Shown: one piece after another, positions 16,729 to 26,073 of the stretch
Position numbering within the stretch: position 1 is the stretch's first letter
Layout of the letters: each line of letters opens with the position of its first letter
NCBI GenBank assembly: GCA_016718875.1
Contig: JADKBL010000014.1
Coordinates: 6,524-70,523, forward strand
Length of the DNA stretch: 64,000 bases
Source: Bacteroidota bacterium
GTDB taxonomy: Bacteria > Bacteroidota > Bacteroidia > Bacteroidales > VadinHA17
Reading direction: 5' to 3'
The notes under the pieces: generated by a model
The model's input: only the letters and a program-made list of their open reading frames with translations
What the model was told of the DNA's origin: nothing
The model's database searches: none
Translations under genes and position numbers: made by a program

Positions 16729-19114
16729 TAAAATCATAAAAGTAATTATTGCAGCCGGAGTGTTGATCACTCCGGTTTTGCTATCTCCCATGCCCCGTTT
16801 CAACCCGCCGCTTGCAACAGTGGCAGAGGCATCAGACGGCACCCTGCTTGGTGCAAGGATAGCAGATGACGGACAATGGAGATTCCCCCCTTCCGGTGAG
16901 GTTCCGGAAAAATTTGAAAAAGCCCTTCTGACTTATGAAGACAGATGGTTCCGGTATCATCCGGGTGTAAATCCGGTTGCAGTATTCAGGGCCATGGCAG
17001 ATAATTTAAAGGCCGGAGAAATTGTAAGAGGAGGCAGTACAATCACAATGCAGGTAGCAAGGCTTTCACAGGTAAACACCAGCAGAACATACTCTGCAAA
17101 AATGAGTGAAATGCTTTCATCACTGAAGCTGGAACTCTTCAGGTCAAAGAAGAAAATCCTTCTCATGTATGCAGACAATGCGCCATTCGGAGGAAATACT
17201 GTAGGACTGGAAGCCGCATCCTGGAGATATACCGGTAAGCCATCTTCTTCACTGTCATGGGCTGAGGCTGCTGCTCTTGCCGTATTACCCAATTCACCTT
17301 CACTCATCTACCCCGGAAAAAACCAGGAACAGCTGAAGTTTAAAAGAGACAGGCTTCTCAAAAAGCTTTATGAACTCAATTATGTAGATTCCCTTACACT
17401 CGTACTGGCCCTTGATGAACCGCTTCCAGGCGAACCAAAACCAATGCCTGCAAGGGCTCCTCATCTTACCGATTGGCTATATATCAACAAAAGGGGCCAG
17501 ACTATAAGGACAACAATTGACCATGAACTCCAGGAAAGAGCTACCGAAATTCTAAACAGTCACCAGAAAAAGCTTGAAGAAAATAATATTTTCAATTCAG
17601 CCTGTATCATAGTTGAAGTAGTGACAGGAAATGTCGTTGTGTATGTCGGTAACAGTACCCTTTCGGAAACGAGGCTTCACGGGGGAGATGTAGATATTAT
17701 CCGGTCAACAAGAAGCACAGGCAGTATCCTTAAGCCCTTTTTATATGCCGGCATGCAGCAATCGGGCGATCTTCTTCCCAACAGCCTTGTAGCCGATATC
17801 CCAACCAGATTTCAGGGATTTACTCCCGAAAACTTCGATATGAGCTACAGCGGAGCAGTAGCTGCAAGCTCAGCCTTGTCACAATCGCTGAATATACCAG
17901 CTGTAAGAATGCTTCAGCAATACAATACTGACCGGTTCCTGAATCTGCTCCGGAGAACAGGACTCACAACATTTAACAAGCCTGCCGATCATTACGGCTT
18001 ATCTCTTATCCTGGGTGGTGGTGAAACAACTCTCTGGGAACTCACAGGTGCCTATGCTTCTCTCTCAAGGGTCCTCAACAACTTTAACAGACATAGAAAA
18101 TACTACAGGGAAGATTTTCATGAACCAATAATATTTGCAGACGGTAAGACCGAAGAAGATAAACACGAAGATGCGGAACCTCCATATACTGCATCGGCAA
18201 TATGGCTTACCTATGAAGCGCTTCAGAAAGTTAACAGGCCGGAAAGTGAGACAGGCTGGCAGTATTTTTCATCAGGTGCGCGACTGGCATGGAAGACCGG
18301 GACAAGTTTTGGCTTCCGCGACGGATGGGCAGTGGGCACAACACCCGGCTATGTTACAGGTGTTTGGACAGGCAATGCAGATGGAGAGGGCAGGCCCGGA
18401 CTCACCGGGATTACAGCTGCTGCTCCTTTGCTTTTTGAACTTTCCGGACTTACCAATTCTGAGGGTTGGTTTGAGGTTCCCCGTGAAGAGATGACAAATA
18501 TTACAGTATGCAGCCTGAGTGGTTACAGAGCTGGTCCTGATTGTCCTGAAACCGTTGAAACTTTAGTTTGTACAACCGGACTAAGAAGCGAATCATGTCC
18601 TTATCATCATATTGTTCATCTTAATAATACCCGCACCATGCAGGTATCATCAGAGTGTTATGATCCAGGAGAGATTGTAAACGAATCATGGTTTATCCTT
18701 ACGCCTGCAATGGAGTATTTCTACAGGCAGAAACATACAGGATACATGGTACTTCCACCTTTTGCTCCAGGGTGCAATTCAGACAAATCAATACCGGTTA
18801 TGGAGTTCATCTATCCCTCACCAGGAGTTAAAATTTTTATTCCCCGTGACCAGGAGGGCAATCTGACAAGGATAATCCCGGAGGTTGCACATCGTATCCC
18901 TTCCCGTAAGATCTTCTGGCACCTTGATGATTCTTATATTGCCACAACAAGGTATCTGCATCATATTGAAATAGTTGCAGGCACTGGCAATCATACACTT
19001 ACAGCGGTTGATGAAGACGGAAATTCAATCAAATGCGGGTTTGAGGTTGTAATAAACCGTAGCGGGCTTGCCCAGTGGGGGGCGGGGGGGGGGGGGGGCT
19101 CTTCTTGGCGGTGA
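16706..19114 (+). CDS. pbpC: penicillin-binding protein 1C (bifunctional transglycosylase/transpeptidase)
   Basis: EDRWFRYHPGVNP, GGSTITMQVARL, STGSILKP (SxxK) and KTGTS. The TTG start overlaps the A2M stop. The last ~12 codons run through a poly-G tract, so the true stop is uncertain. Confidence 0.85.
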   Translation: MQEIILNSKIIKVIIAAGVLITPVLLSPMPRFNPPLATVAEASDGTLLGARIADDGQWRFPPSGEVPEKFEKALLTYEDRWFRYHPGVNPVAVFRAMADNLKAGEIVRGGSTITMQVARLSQVNTSRTYSAKMSEMLSSLKLELFRSKKKILLMYADNAPFGGNTVGLEAASWRYTGKPSSSLSWAEAAALAVLPNSPSLIYPGKNQEQLKFKRDRLLKKLYELNYVDSLTLVLALDEPLPGEPKPMPARAPHLTDWLYINKRGQTIRTTIDHELQERATEILNSHQKKLEENNIFNSACIIVEVVTGNVVVYVGNSTLSETRLHGGDVDIIRSTRSTGSILKPFLYAGMQQSGDLLPNSLVADIPTRFQGFTPENFDMSYSGAVAASSALSQSLNIPAVRMLQQYNTDRFLNLLRRTGLTTFNKPADHYGLSLILGGGETTLWELTGAYASLSRVLNNFNRHRKYYREDFHEPIIFADGKTEEDKHEDAEPPYTASAIWLTYEALQKVNRPESETGWQYFSSGARLAWKTGTSFGFRDGWAVGTTPGYVTGVWTGNADGEGRPGLTGITAAAPLLFELSGLTNSEGWFEVPREEMTNITVCSLSGYRAGPDCPETVETLVCTTGLRSESCPYHHIVHLNNTRTMQVSSECYDPGEIVNESWFILTPAMEYFYRQKHTGYMVLPPFAPGCNSDKSIPVMEFIYPSPGVKIFIPRDQEGNLTRIIPEVAHRIPSRKIFWHLDDSYIATTRYLHHIEIVAGTGNHTLTAVDEDGNSIKCGFEVVINRSGLAQWGAGGGGGSSWR
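19077..19098 (+). repeat. Homopolymeric tract G6-C-G15
   Basis: ggggggcggggggggggggggg, read directly from lines 19021 and 19081. Confidence 0.9.
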
Positions 19115-19226
19115 GTCTTCACCAAAGCACACAGCGCTGAATTTTTGTTTTAGCGCAAGGAATGCGGAAAATTTTAGCCCACTTAACCCATTCGAGACCA
19201 AATTATACTTACTTTTACTTCAAATT

Positions 19227-19754
19227 ATGAACTACACTGATCCTTCTGAAATATTTCCGGTAGTTGATGAAGAAGGCAACACCATTGGTGAAGCACCCCG
19301 CAGTGTGTGCCATGACGGTAAGAGCATGCTGCTGCATCCTGTTGTACATATACATCTTTTCAATTCAAAAGGAGAACTTTTCCTTCAGAAGAGATCATCT
19401 AAGAAAGACATTCAGCCCGGAAAATGGGATACCTCTGTTGGCGGTCATATAAGTCCCGGGGAATCTGTTGAATCTGCCCTCAGAAGAGAAGCTTCAGAGG
19501 AGCTTGGACTGGAAGATCTTCAAACCGGTTTCATTGGAAAATACATCTGGAAGTCTGCCCGGGAAAAAGAACTTGTTTACTCCTATTCGGCGGTTTCGGA
19601 TAAGCAGCCTTTAATAAATCCCGATGAAATAGAGGAAGGAAAATACTGGAGCCTGGAAGAGATAAAATCAAGTCTTGGAAAAAATTTGTTTACACCTAAC
19701 TTTGAGCATGAATTCGAAATACATTTTTTAATCTGGATGAAACAAAATACCTAA
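19227..19754 (+). CDS. NUDIX hydrolase
   Basis: Nudix box GGHISPGESVESALRREASEELGL. ATG at 19227 (MNYTDPSE). The track start at 19068 would translate the poly-G tract. Confidence 0.8.
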   Translation: MNYTDPSEIFPVVDEEGNTIGEAPRSVCHDGKSMLLHPVVHIHLFNSKGELFLQKRSSKKDIQPGKWDTSVGGHISPGESVESALRREASEELGLEDLQTGFIGKYIWKSAREKELVYSYSAVSDKQPLINPDEIEEGKYWSLEEIKSSLGKNLFTPNFEHEFEIHFLIWMKQNT

Positions 19755-19755
19755 A

Positions 19756-19983
19756 ATGAGTAACCCTGTTAAAATACTGGCCCTTGACAATGAGTTCCAG
19801 GCTATGCTTCTTGATGATATTCTGAAAGAAAGAGGTATCCCACATATTATGAAATCGTACCACGATTCAGCATATGACGGACTCTGGCAGACTCAGTCGA
19901 GCTGGGGACATGTTGATGCTCCCGAAGAGTACCGTGATGAAATATTGGAAATATTTAACAATATGTCTCAGGAATCGGAGTAA
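19756..19983 (+). CDS. small hypothetical protein (75 aa; possibly DUF2007-like)
   Basis: ATG lies 1 nt after the NUDIX stop, which suggests coupling. The family assignment is weak. Confidence 0.45.
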   Translation: MSNPVKILALDNEFQAMLLDDILKERGIPHIMKSYHDSAYDGLWQTQSSWGHVDAPEEYRDEILEIFNNMSQESE

Positions 19984-20013
19984 ATGATTGTTATTTGGTA
20001 TTACTAAACTTCA

Positions 20014-20021
20014 TATATTTG
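20014..20021 (+). promoter_or_regulatory. -7 box TATATTTG
   Basis: Exact TAnnTTTG 20 nt upstream of the ATG at 20041. Confidence 0.4.
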
Positions 20022-20040
20022 TCGGGCAAAATAAAAAGTT

Positions 20041-20733
20041 ATGCCCGGGAAGAGTAACGCATTAAGCACAATATACAAATCTGAAGGTATCAGTTCACTA
20101 ATTAAGCTTTTTAAAAGCAGGTATTTCTATATAGGATTCTTTTCTGTTCTTGCAGGAATGGCTTTAAATATAGCCTCTCAAACCTACCTTCATAATTATA
20201 TGAGTGAGGGAAAAACTCTTCCTATGCTTTCCGATCTGATTCTTGATAACCTGCCTGTAATAGATCTTTCACTTGTGTATGATATTGTATGCCTTATCCC
20301 GATATTCCTGATGTTTATCTATGTGGTTCACAAAAAGGAATATAACCGTGTTCCGTTTCTTCTTCTGATGATCGGGATCTTTTATCTTGTCCGAGGCGTT
20401 TTTATTGTACTTACTCCATTTGGCAACCCGCCTATGTTCGGAGGATCGGATCCGCTTTTCAATGGTTTCTCAAAATATGAACTCGGGGTATATCCTTCAG
20501 GACATGCAGGAAACGTATTTATGCTGTTCCTGCTGGTAAATGATTCTTTGTACAAAAAAATTATTATCACCTGCCTTATTATAGTGATAATTGCATTACT
20601 GCTTTCGCATGGCCATTACAGTATTGATATCTTTTCAGGGATATTTTTCGCTTATGCAATTAAGTCATACGGCATGAAGAATTTCTGGATGTTTGATCTT
20701 TCCAATACAGTGAAACCCGGGGTACAATCCTGA
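20041..20733 (+). CDS. PAP2_C / sphingomyelin-synthase-like membrane phosphotransferase
   Basis: Polytopic membrane protein with YPSGHAGNVF (compare SMS D3 motif S-G-H-T) and SHGHYSIDIFSGIFFAY (compare D4 motif H-Y-T-x-D-V). Confidence 0.55.
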   Translation: MPGKSNALSTIYKSEGISSLIKLFKSRYFYIGFFSVLAGMALNIASQTYLHNYMSEGKTLPMLSDLILDNLPVIDLSLVYDIVCLIPIFLMFIYVVHKKEYNRVPFLLLMIGIFYLVRGVFIVLTPFGNPPMFGGSDPLFNGFSKYELGVYPSGHAGNVFMLFLLVNDSLYKKIIITCLIIVIIALLLSHGHYSIDIFSGIFFAYAIKSYGMKNFWMFDLSNTVKPGVQS

Positions 20734-21750
20734 TCACCTGAGCATTCTTCCTCTCTTTTCAATTCTGCGGATCACCATGTAGTTCACAACTGCTATTAGT
20801 CCCATAGCTAAAATAAATGCGGGGTAGGAGATCTTCCAGTTATCCGGTCCAGTCATCATTGACCATTCCGACATGCCTCCGATTGAAGCTATAAGTGTCA
20901 ATGGCATAAAAACAGTTGCAATCAGTGTAAGCCGCCTTACTGAGGCATTTGTCTCGTTTGCCGACCTTGTCATCAGATTATTCTGGAGCGAAGTATAAAG
21001 CTCCATAAGGCTCGTCACAATTTCACGGAATGTCTCTGCCAGTTCAAAAAATTTTGCAAGGTGATCATATATATCCCTGAAATGAGCAACAGTTTTTTCA
21101 GTAATAAAAGGACAATCAAGTCTGTAAATTTTAACTAGTATTTCCCGCTCATGGAAAAGGCTTTTCCTGAGGACCTGCAAACATTTCCTTATCCTCATCA
21201 GCTCGGCAGGGTCAAATGTTGCAGGATTATCAAGGATCATATCTTCTGCTTCTTCCAGTTCATCTTCAAGAGTCTCGAATGCATTGAATTTCTGATCCAC
21301 AATATAATCGAGGATCCTGTGCAGGAGGGCAGCAGGCCCAAGACGCATATTTCCCGGATCACCGGAAATGATCTTATCCAATTCAGCCAGAGGTTTTCTT
21401 TCGTCAGAATTATGTCCGCTTACTGTTATAAGGAAATTCTTGCCAATGAAAATATTTATCTCATCAATTCTTAAAATCTTCTGAGAATATTGAAAGGCAT
21501 TGAAAATTACGAATGTATTATCGGCAAAATGCTCAATTTTAGGAACCTGTTTGTCATCCATACAGTCCTCAACCGACAGGGGATGAATGCCCAGCTTGTC
21601 AACAAGTGCCATTAAATCGGCCTTCTCCGGTTTATAGTAATTAAACCAGATATAGCCTCCTTCCTTCGATGCTGAAATCGCCTCATCAAGAGTGTTTACA
21701 CCATAAAACAATCCCGATTTTGAGAAGTGATAATGCTTCAGTTCTGACAT
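20734..21750 (-). CDS. CorA-family divalent cation transporter (GMS variant of the GMN motif)
   Basis: CorA-like cytoplasmic domain plus two C-terminal TM helices, FMPLTLIASIGGMSEW. The stop abuts the convergent gene with no spacer. Confidence 0.75.
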   Translation of the reverse strand: MSELKHYHFSKSGLFYGVNTLDEAISASKEGGYIWFNYYKPEKADLMALVDKLGIHPLSVEDCMDDKQVPKIEHFADNTFVIFNAFQYSQKILRIDEINIFIGKNFLITVSGHNSDERKPLAELDKIISGDPGNMRLGPAALLHRILDYIVDQKFNAFETLEDELEEAEDMILDNPATFDPAELMRIRKCLQVLRKSLFHEREILVKIYRLDCPFITEKTVAHFRDIYDHLAKFFELAETFREIVTSLMELYTSLQNNLMTRSANETNASVRRLTLIATVFMPLTLIASIGGMSEWSMMTGPDNWKISYPAFILAMGLIAVVNYMVIRRIEKRGRMLR

Positions 21751-22070
21751 AATGCCGGGCTTTAAAATTACAGGTACAATTTAGAATAAAAAGTTTGAAG
21801 TGCCTAAAGTTCGGAATGTCTAAAGTATTTATCTCACAGGAATTAAACAACTTTAGTTTTTCCGCGTACACTTAATGAACATATATTTAAACATAATGTT
21901 CTGTATTAAGAAACACTTTAAAGTTTCTTATAGAGAACATTTGACATAGGACACACAGATATCATGCAGAAACAAAGAGATTGAATTTGTTATACTATGA
22001 AAATATCTTTAAATGAGATTTTGCAGTATCAGAACTGATTAAAATCAATAATAGATAAGAAGCTTGAGTT

Positions 22071-22078
22071 TAGTTTTG
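22071..22078 (+). promoter_or_regulatory. -7 box TAGTTTTG
   Basis: Exact TAnnTTTG 21 nt upstream of the pruA ATG. Confidence 0.4.
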
Positions 22079-22098
22079 CAATCCAAAAAAATAATAAA

Positions 22099-23724
22099 AT
22101 GAATAATGCCATATACAATTTCAGGGAACCAAAGAACGAACCCGTATACTCTTATAAACCCGGAAGTGATGAACGCAGATTACTTGAGGAAGAGCTAAAG
22201 AGGCAACGAAATACTACTGTTGACATCCCATTAATAATCGGAGGAAAAGAGATACGCACAGGCAAAACAGGTACTGTGATAAATCCATCCGATCATAAAA
22301 ATCCGCTTGGAGTATACCATATGGCTACGGCAAGGGAGATAGAAATGGCTATCAATGCTGCCAATAATGCAAAAAATGACTGGATGGTTCTTTCCTGGAT
22401 GGAGAGGGCCGCCATCATGGCAAAAGCTGCTGAACTAATTTCAAAGAAATACAGGTATAAGCTTAACGCGGCAACAATGCTTGGGCAGGGAAAAAATGTC
22501 ATTCAGGCTGAAATCGACTCGGCATGTGAAGTCATAGATTACCTGCGCTTCAACAACTATTTTGCTTCAATGATCTATATGGATCAGCCTATCTCTGAGA
22601 ATGAGACAATAAACAGACTTGAATACCGCCCGCTGGAAGGATTTGTATACACAGTTACTCCTTTCAATTTCACCGCAATAGCTTCGAACCTCAATACAAG
22701 TGTTGCACTTATGGGAAACACAACCGTCTGGAAGCCAGCCTCAACATCGCTTCTTTCAAATTACTACTTCATGAAAATCTTAGAAGAAGCCGGACTTCCT
22801 GCAGGAGTAATTAATTTTGTCCCCGGGTCCGGTGCCCTGATAAGCAGTATTGTCCTGAAGCATAAAGACCTTACCGGTATACATTTTACAGGTTCAAATG
22901 CAACATTCAACACCATATGGAAAGAGGTTTCCGACAATCTTTCAATCTATAAATCGTATCCTAAGATCGTTGGTGAAACGGGTGGTAAGGATTTTATCTT
23001 TGCTCATTCATCAGCCTCTGTGAGAGAACTCGCAACTGCAATAGTCAGAGGCGCTTTCGAGTATCAGGGACAGAAATGCTCAGCAGCTTCAAGAGCATAT
23101 ATTCCTGATTCGCTATGGAATGAGACCCGGACTCTTCTGGTTCAAATACTATCAGAGATCAGAACCGGAGATGTTATGGATTTCTCATGCTTTGTAAATC
23201 CTGTAATAGATGAGTCGGCCTTCGACAGAATAATGGATTATATAAAAAGGGCCGAGACCTCCGGGGAGGCAACACTACTTGCCGGAGGAAAAGGGGACAA
23301 ATCAAAGGGATATTTTATTGAACCAACTCTTATTGTTACAACAAATCCGCATTTCATTACAATGGAAGAGGAGATTTTCGGTCCGGTAATGACCATTTTT
23401 GTGTATAACGACAATAAATTTGAAGAGACCCTTAAGTTATGCGACGAAACATCGCCATACGGACTTACGGGTGCAATATTCAGTAATGACAAATATGCAA
23501 TGATTACTGCATGCAGGGCATTGCGATATTCTGCAGGCAACTTCTATATAAATGATAAACCAACCGGAGCCATGGTTGGCCAGCAGCCTTTCGGAGGTGC
23601 TCGAGCCTCAGGAACAAACGATAAAGCCGGCAGCCACCTGAATCTTACCCGCTGGGTAAGCCCGCGAACAGTAAAGGAAACGCTCATTCCCGCAGCCGAT
23701 TATAAATACCCCTTTATGGGTTAA
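22099..23724 (+). CDS. pruA: L-glutamate gamma-semialdehyde (1-pyrroline-5-carboxylate) dehydrogenase
   Basis: Aldehyde dehydrogenase fold with TPFNFTAI, ETGGKDF and the catalytic GQKCSAASR. The 541-aa length fits the P5CDH class. Confidence 0.85.
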   Translation: MNNAIYNFREPKNEPVYSYKPGSDERRLLEEELKRQRNTTVDIPLIIGGKEIRTGKTGTVINPSDHKNPLGVYHMATAREIEMAINAANNAKNDWMVLSWMERAAIMAKAAELISKKYRYKLNAATMLGQGKNVIQAEIDSACEVIDYLRFNNYFASMIYMDQPISENETINRLEYRPLEGFVYTVTPFNFTAIASNLNTSVALMGNTTVWKPASTSLLSNYYFMKILEEAGLPAGVINFVPGSGALISSIVLKHKDLTGIHFTGSNATFNTIWKEVSDNLSIYKSYPKIVGETGGKDFIFAHSSASVRELATAIVRGAFEYQGQKCSAASRAYIPDSLWNETRTLLVQILSEIRTGDVMDFSCFVNPVIDESAFDRIMDYIKRAETSGEATLLAGGKGDKSKGYFIEPTLIVTTNPHFITMEEEIFGPVMTIFVYNDNKFEETLKLCDETSPYGLTGAIFSNDKYAMITACRALRYSAGNFYINDKPTGAMVGQQPFGGARASGTNDKAGSHLNLTRWVSPRTVKETLIPAADYKYPFMG

Positions 23725-23752
23725 TTTTTAAAAAACTTGCGTACATTTGGGG

Positions 23753-24679
23753 ATGAAGATGCCGGCTCCAGAATATAGAAGCAAACCTCTTTTTATAATC
23801 AATCCCGATTCCGGCGTAACCCCGGTTAACTATATTGTTTCACTGGGTCTTGACCTCAGGAGGGACCTTGATGCTGTTAAATCACTTTCTAAGTTTGATA
23901 CTGAAACAATAATCAATCAGAACTTTAATAAGCATGATGTTTTCATTGCTGCCGGTGGTGATGGTACTGTCCACACAGTGGCAACTAAGCTTGTAGATTC
24001 CGATAAGATACTTGGTGTCCTTCCACTTGGATCAGGAAACGGATTTGCAAGGGAATTCGGCTTTAAGATGAATGTCAACGCCCTGATGTCAAATATCCGG
24101 AAGGCAGAGGAAATGCCAATAGACGTGATTGAGGTCAATGGCCAGATGTGCCTGAATGTGGCCGGTATAGGTCTTGACAGTTTTGTTGCACATTCTTTCA
24201 ACGATATTAAGCTCAGAGGTTTTTTTCCATATATCTGGCTGACTCTCAAGACTTTTATTCAGCTTCGCCCATTTCCCGTGACAATCTGGTGTGGAGGAGA
24301 AAAGATCCTGTCAGAGGATCTTTTTGTTGTTACAGTTGCTAATACAAGACAGTTCGGGAACAATGCCTTCATTGCACCCGATGCCAGGCCAAATGATGGA
24401 ATTATCGACCTTGTTCTTATTAAACCATTCCCAAAAATATTCGGCCCTGTCTTTGTTGTAAGACTCTTCACTAAAAGAATAAACAAGTCAAAGTATGTAA
24501 AGCATATTAAGACTGACAAGGAGATCATTATTGAGGCAAAGGAAACAAGAATGCATATTGATGGTGAACCTGTTAATTCTGATGGCAGGGTTGTTGTCCG
24601 TATTAAAAGAGGTGTTCTTAAAGTCCTCAAAACATCACGAAATAAGTTTATACCCCATAAATTTATCACCGGATCATAA
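23753..24679 (+). CDS. diacylglycerol/lipid kinase family protein (YegS/BmrU-like)
   Basis: AAGGDGTVH and LPLGSGNGFAREFG motifs. ATG at 23753 is preferred over the TTG at 23747. Confidence 0.75.
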   Translation: MKMPAPEYRSKPLFIINPDSGVTPVNYIVSLGLDLRRDLDAVKSLSKFDTETIINQNFNKHDVFIAAGGDGTVHTVATKLVDSDKILGVLPLGSGNGFAREFGFKMNVNALMSNIRKAEEMPIDVIEVNGQMCLNVAGIGLDSFVAHSFNDIKLRGFFPYIWLTLKTFIQLRPFPVTIWCGGEKILSEDLFVVTVANTRQFGNNAFIAPDARPNDGIIDLVLIKPFPKIFGPVFVVRLFTKRINKSKYVKHIKTDKEIIIEAKETRMHIDGEPVNSDGRVVVRIKRGVLKVLKTSRNKFIPHKFITGS

Positions 24680-24715
24680 ACTGATCCCTTTAAGTTAAAT
24701 TCAAACAACCAGAAT

Positions 24716-26059
24716 ATGAAGAGATATCTTTCATTTGCATTGGTCCTAATGCTGTCACTTGCATTATATGGACAGCAAACATCTAATAAGCCTGAACGCG
24801 AGCAGTGGTTCATGGATATGGGATTCGGGATGTTCATTCACTGGAGCATGGACTCCCAGGTTGGAGCAGTTATAAGCCATTCTATGGCCGGTGCCTCTGA
24901 AGATTATCTTAACAGGTTCATAAATGAGCTCCCGCTGACATTCAATCCCAAAAAATTTGATCCTGAAGAATGGGCCATTCTTGCAAAACTCGCAGGAATG
25001 AAATATGTCGTTTTTACCTCGAAACATCATTCAGGCTTCTGCATGTGGGATACAAAGACAACTGATTTCAATATTATGAATACTCCCTTCAGGAGAGACA
25101 TAATGAAAGAGATCCTCGATGCCTTCCGGAAACAGGGAATAGCTATAGGTCTATATTTTTCACCTGAGGATTTCCACTACTTCCATAAAAACAAAATCCC
25201 CATCGGCAGGCTGCAGGATCCTCTTCATTATCCGGCAAAAAATCCAGGACTGATGGCTCATGATAAGGCACAGCTGAAAGAACTCCTGACAAATTATGGC
25301 AAGATCGATATTTTCTTCTTCGACGGTCCTGAGGAGGGACTGAAAGAGTATGCATGGCAGCTGCAACCCGAACTGGTAGTAACCAGAGGACAGATGCAGA
25401 CTCCGGAACAGAATCTTCCAAATAAACCTGTTGCCGGACCATGGGAAGCATGTTTTACAATGGGCACCGACTGGCAGTATAAGCCGACCAACGATCCTCA
25501 CAAAAGCGGTACAGAGATCATTAATATGCTTATTGAGATAAGAGCAAAAGGTGGAAACCTCTTAATGAATGTTGGTCCGAAACCTGATGGAGAGATCCAG
25601 ATTGAACAGGAAGCTCTGCTCCGGGAAATTGCCCTCTGGAACCTTGTCAATCAGGAAGGAATACATAACATACGGCCATGGGAGATAACGAAAGAAAGAG
25701 ATATCTGGTTTACAAAGGCAAAGGATAAGAATACCGTATATGCATTCGTCCCTGCAGGTACTGCCTGGAAATACGGGGAAAGAAAAGAATTTGTTTTCAA
25801 AACCCTCGAAGGAAATGATCAGACAAAGGTCAGCATACTTGGTTATGCCAGTGAGCTGGTTGAATACAGACCCGGATATGATGCAAAAATATATACCAGC
25901 AGTTCCCCTATCGGACTGGTAATAAGTGCTGTAAACGGCCATCGTCTTTACACCAACAACCAGTGGCCCAATCCGGTTGTACTTAAAATAGAGAATGTTA
26001 AATACAAACCTCAGGTAAATGCTGAAGGCAGAAAAAGCAACATTGATGGGGCAAAATAA
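24716..26059 (+). CDS. alpha-L-fucosidase, GH29
   Basis: Signal peptide, GFGMFIHWSMDS and KYVVFTSKHHSGFCMWDT. Confidence 0.85.
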   Translation: MKRYLSFALVLMLSLALYGQQTSNKPEREQWFMDMGFGMFIHWSMDSQVGAVISHSMAGASEDYLNRFINELPLTFNPKKFDPEEWAILAKLAGMKYVVFTSKHHSGFCMWDTKTTDFNIMNTPFRRDIMKEILDAFRKQGIAIGLYFSPEDFHYFHKNKIPIGRLQDPLHYPAKNPGLMAHDKAQLKELLTNYGKIDIFFFDGPEEGLKEYAWQLQPELVVTRGQMQTPEQNLPNKPVAGPWEACFTMGTDWQYKPTNDPHKSGTEIINMLIEIRAKGGNLLMNVGPKPDGEIQIEQEALLREIALWNLVNQEGIHNIRPWEITKERDIWFTKAKDKNTVYAFVPAGTAWKYGERKEFVFKTLEGNDQTKVSILGYASELVEYRPGYDAKIYTSSSPIGLVISAVNGHRLYTNNQWPNPVVLKIENVKYKPQVNAEGRKSNIDGAK

Positions 26060-26073
26060 GTCTGGAAAAAGCT

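Noticed and set aside
19068-19226. The track start (TTG 19068) for the NUDIX gene, which gives an N-terminus MPSGGRGGGGALLGG.
   Set aside because: That extension only translates the poly-G tract and overlaps pbpC. The ATG at 19227 gives a normal-length NUDIX protein.
21751-22098. The 350-bp AT-rich spacer between CorA and pruA as a possible ncRNA locus. The same question was asked of 60249-60572.
   Set aside because: No stable hairpins, terminator or conserved-looking motifs are visible. These look like ordinary divergent promoter regions.
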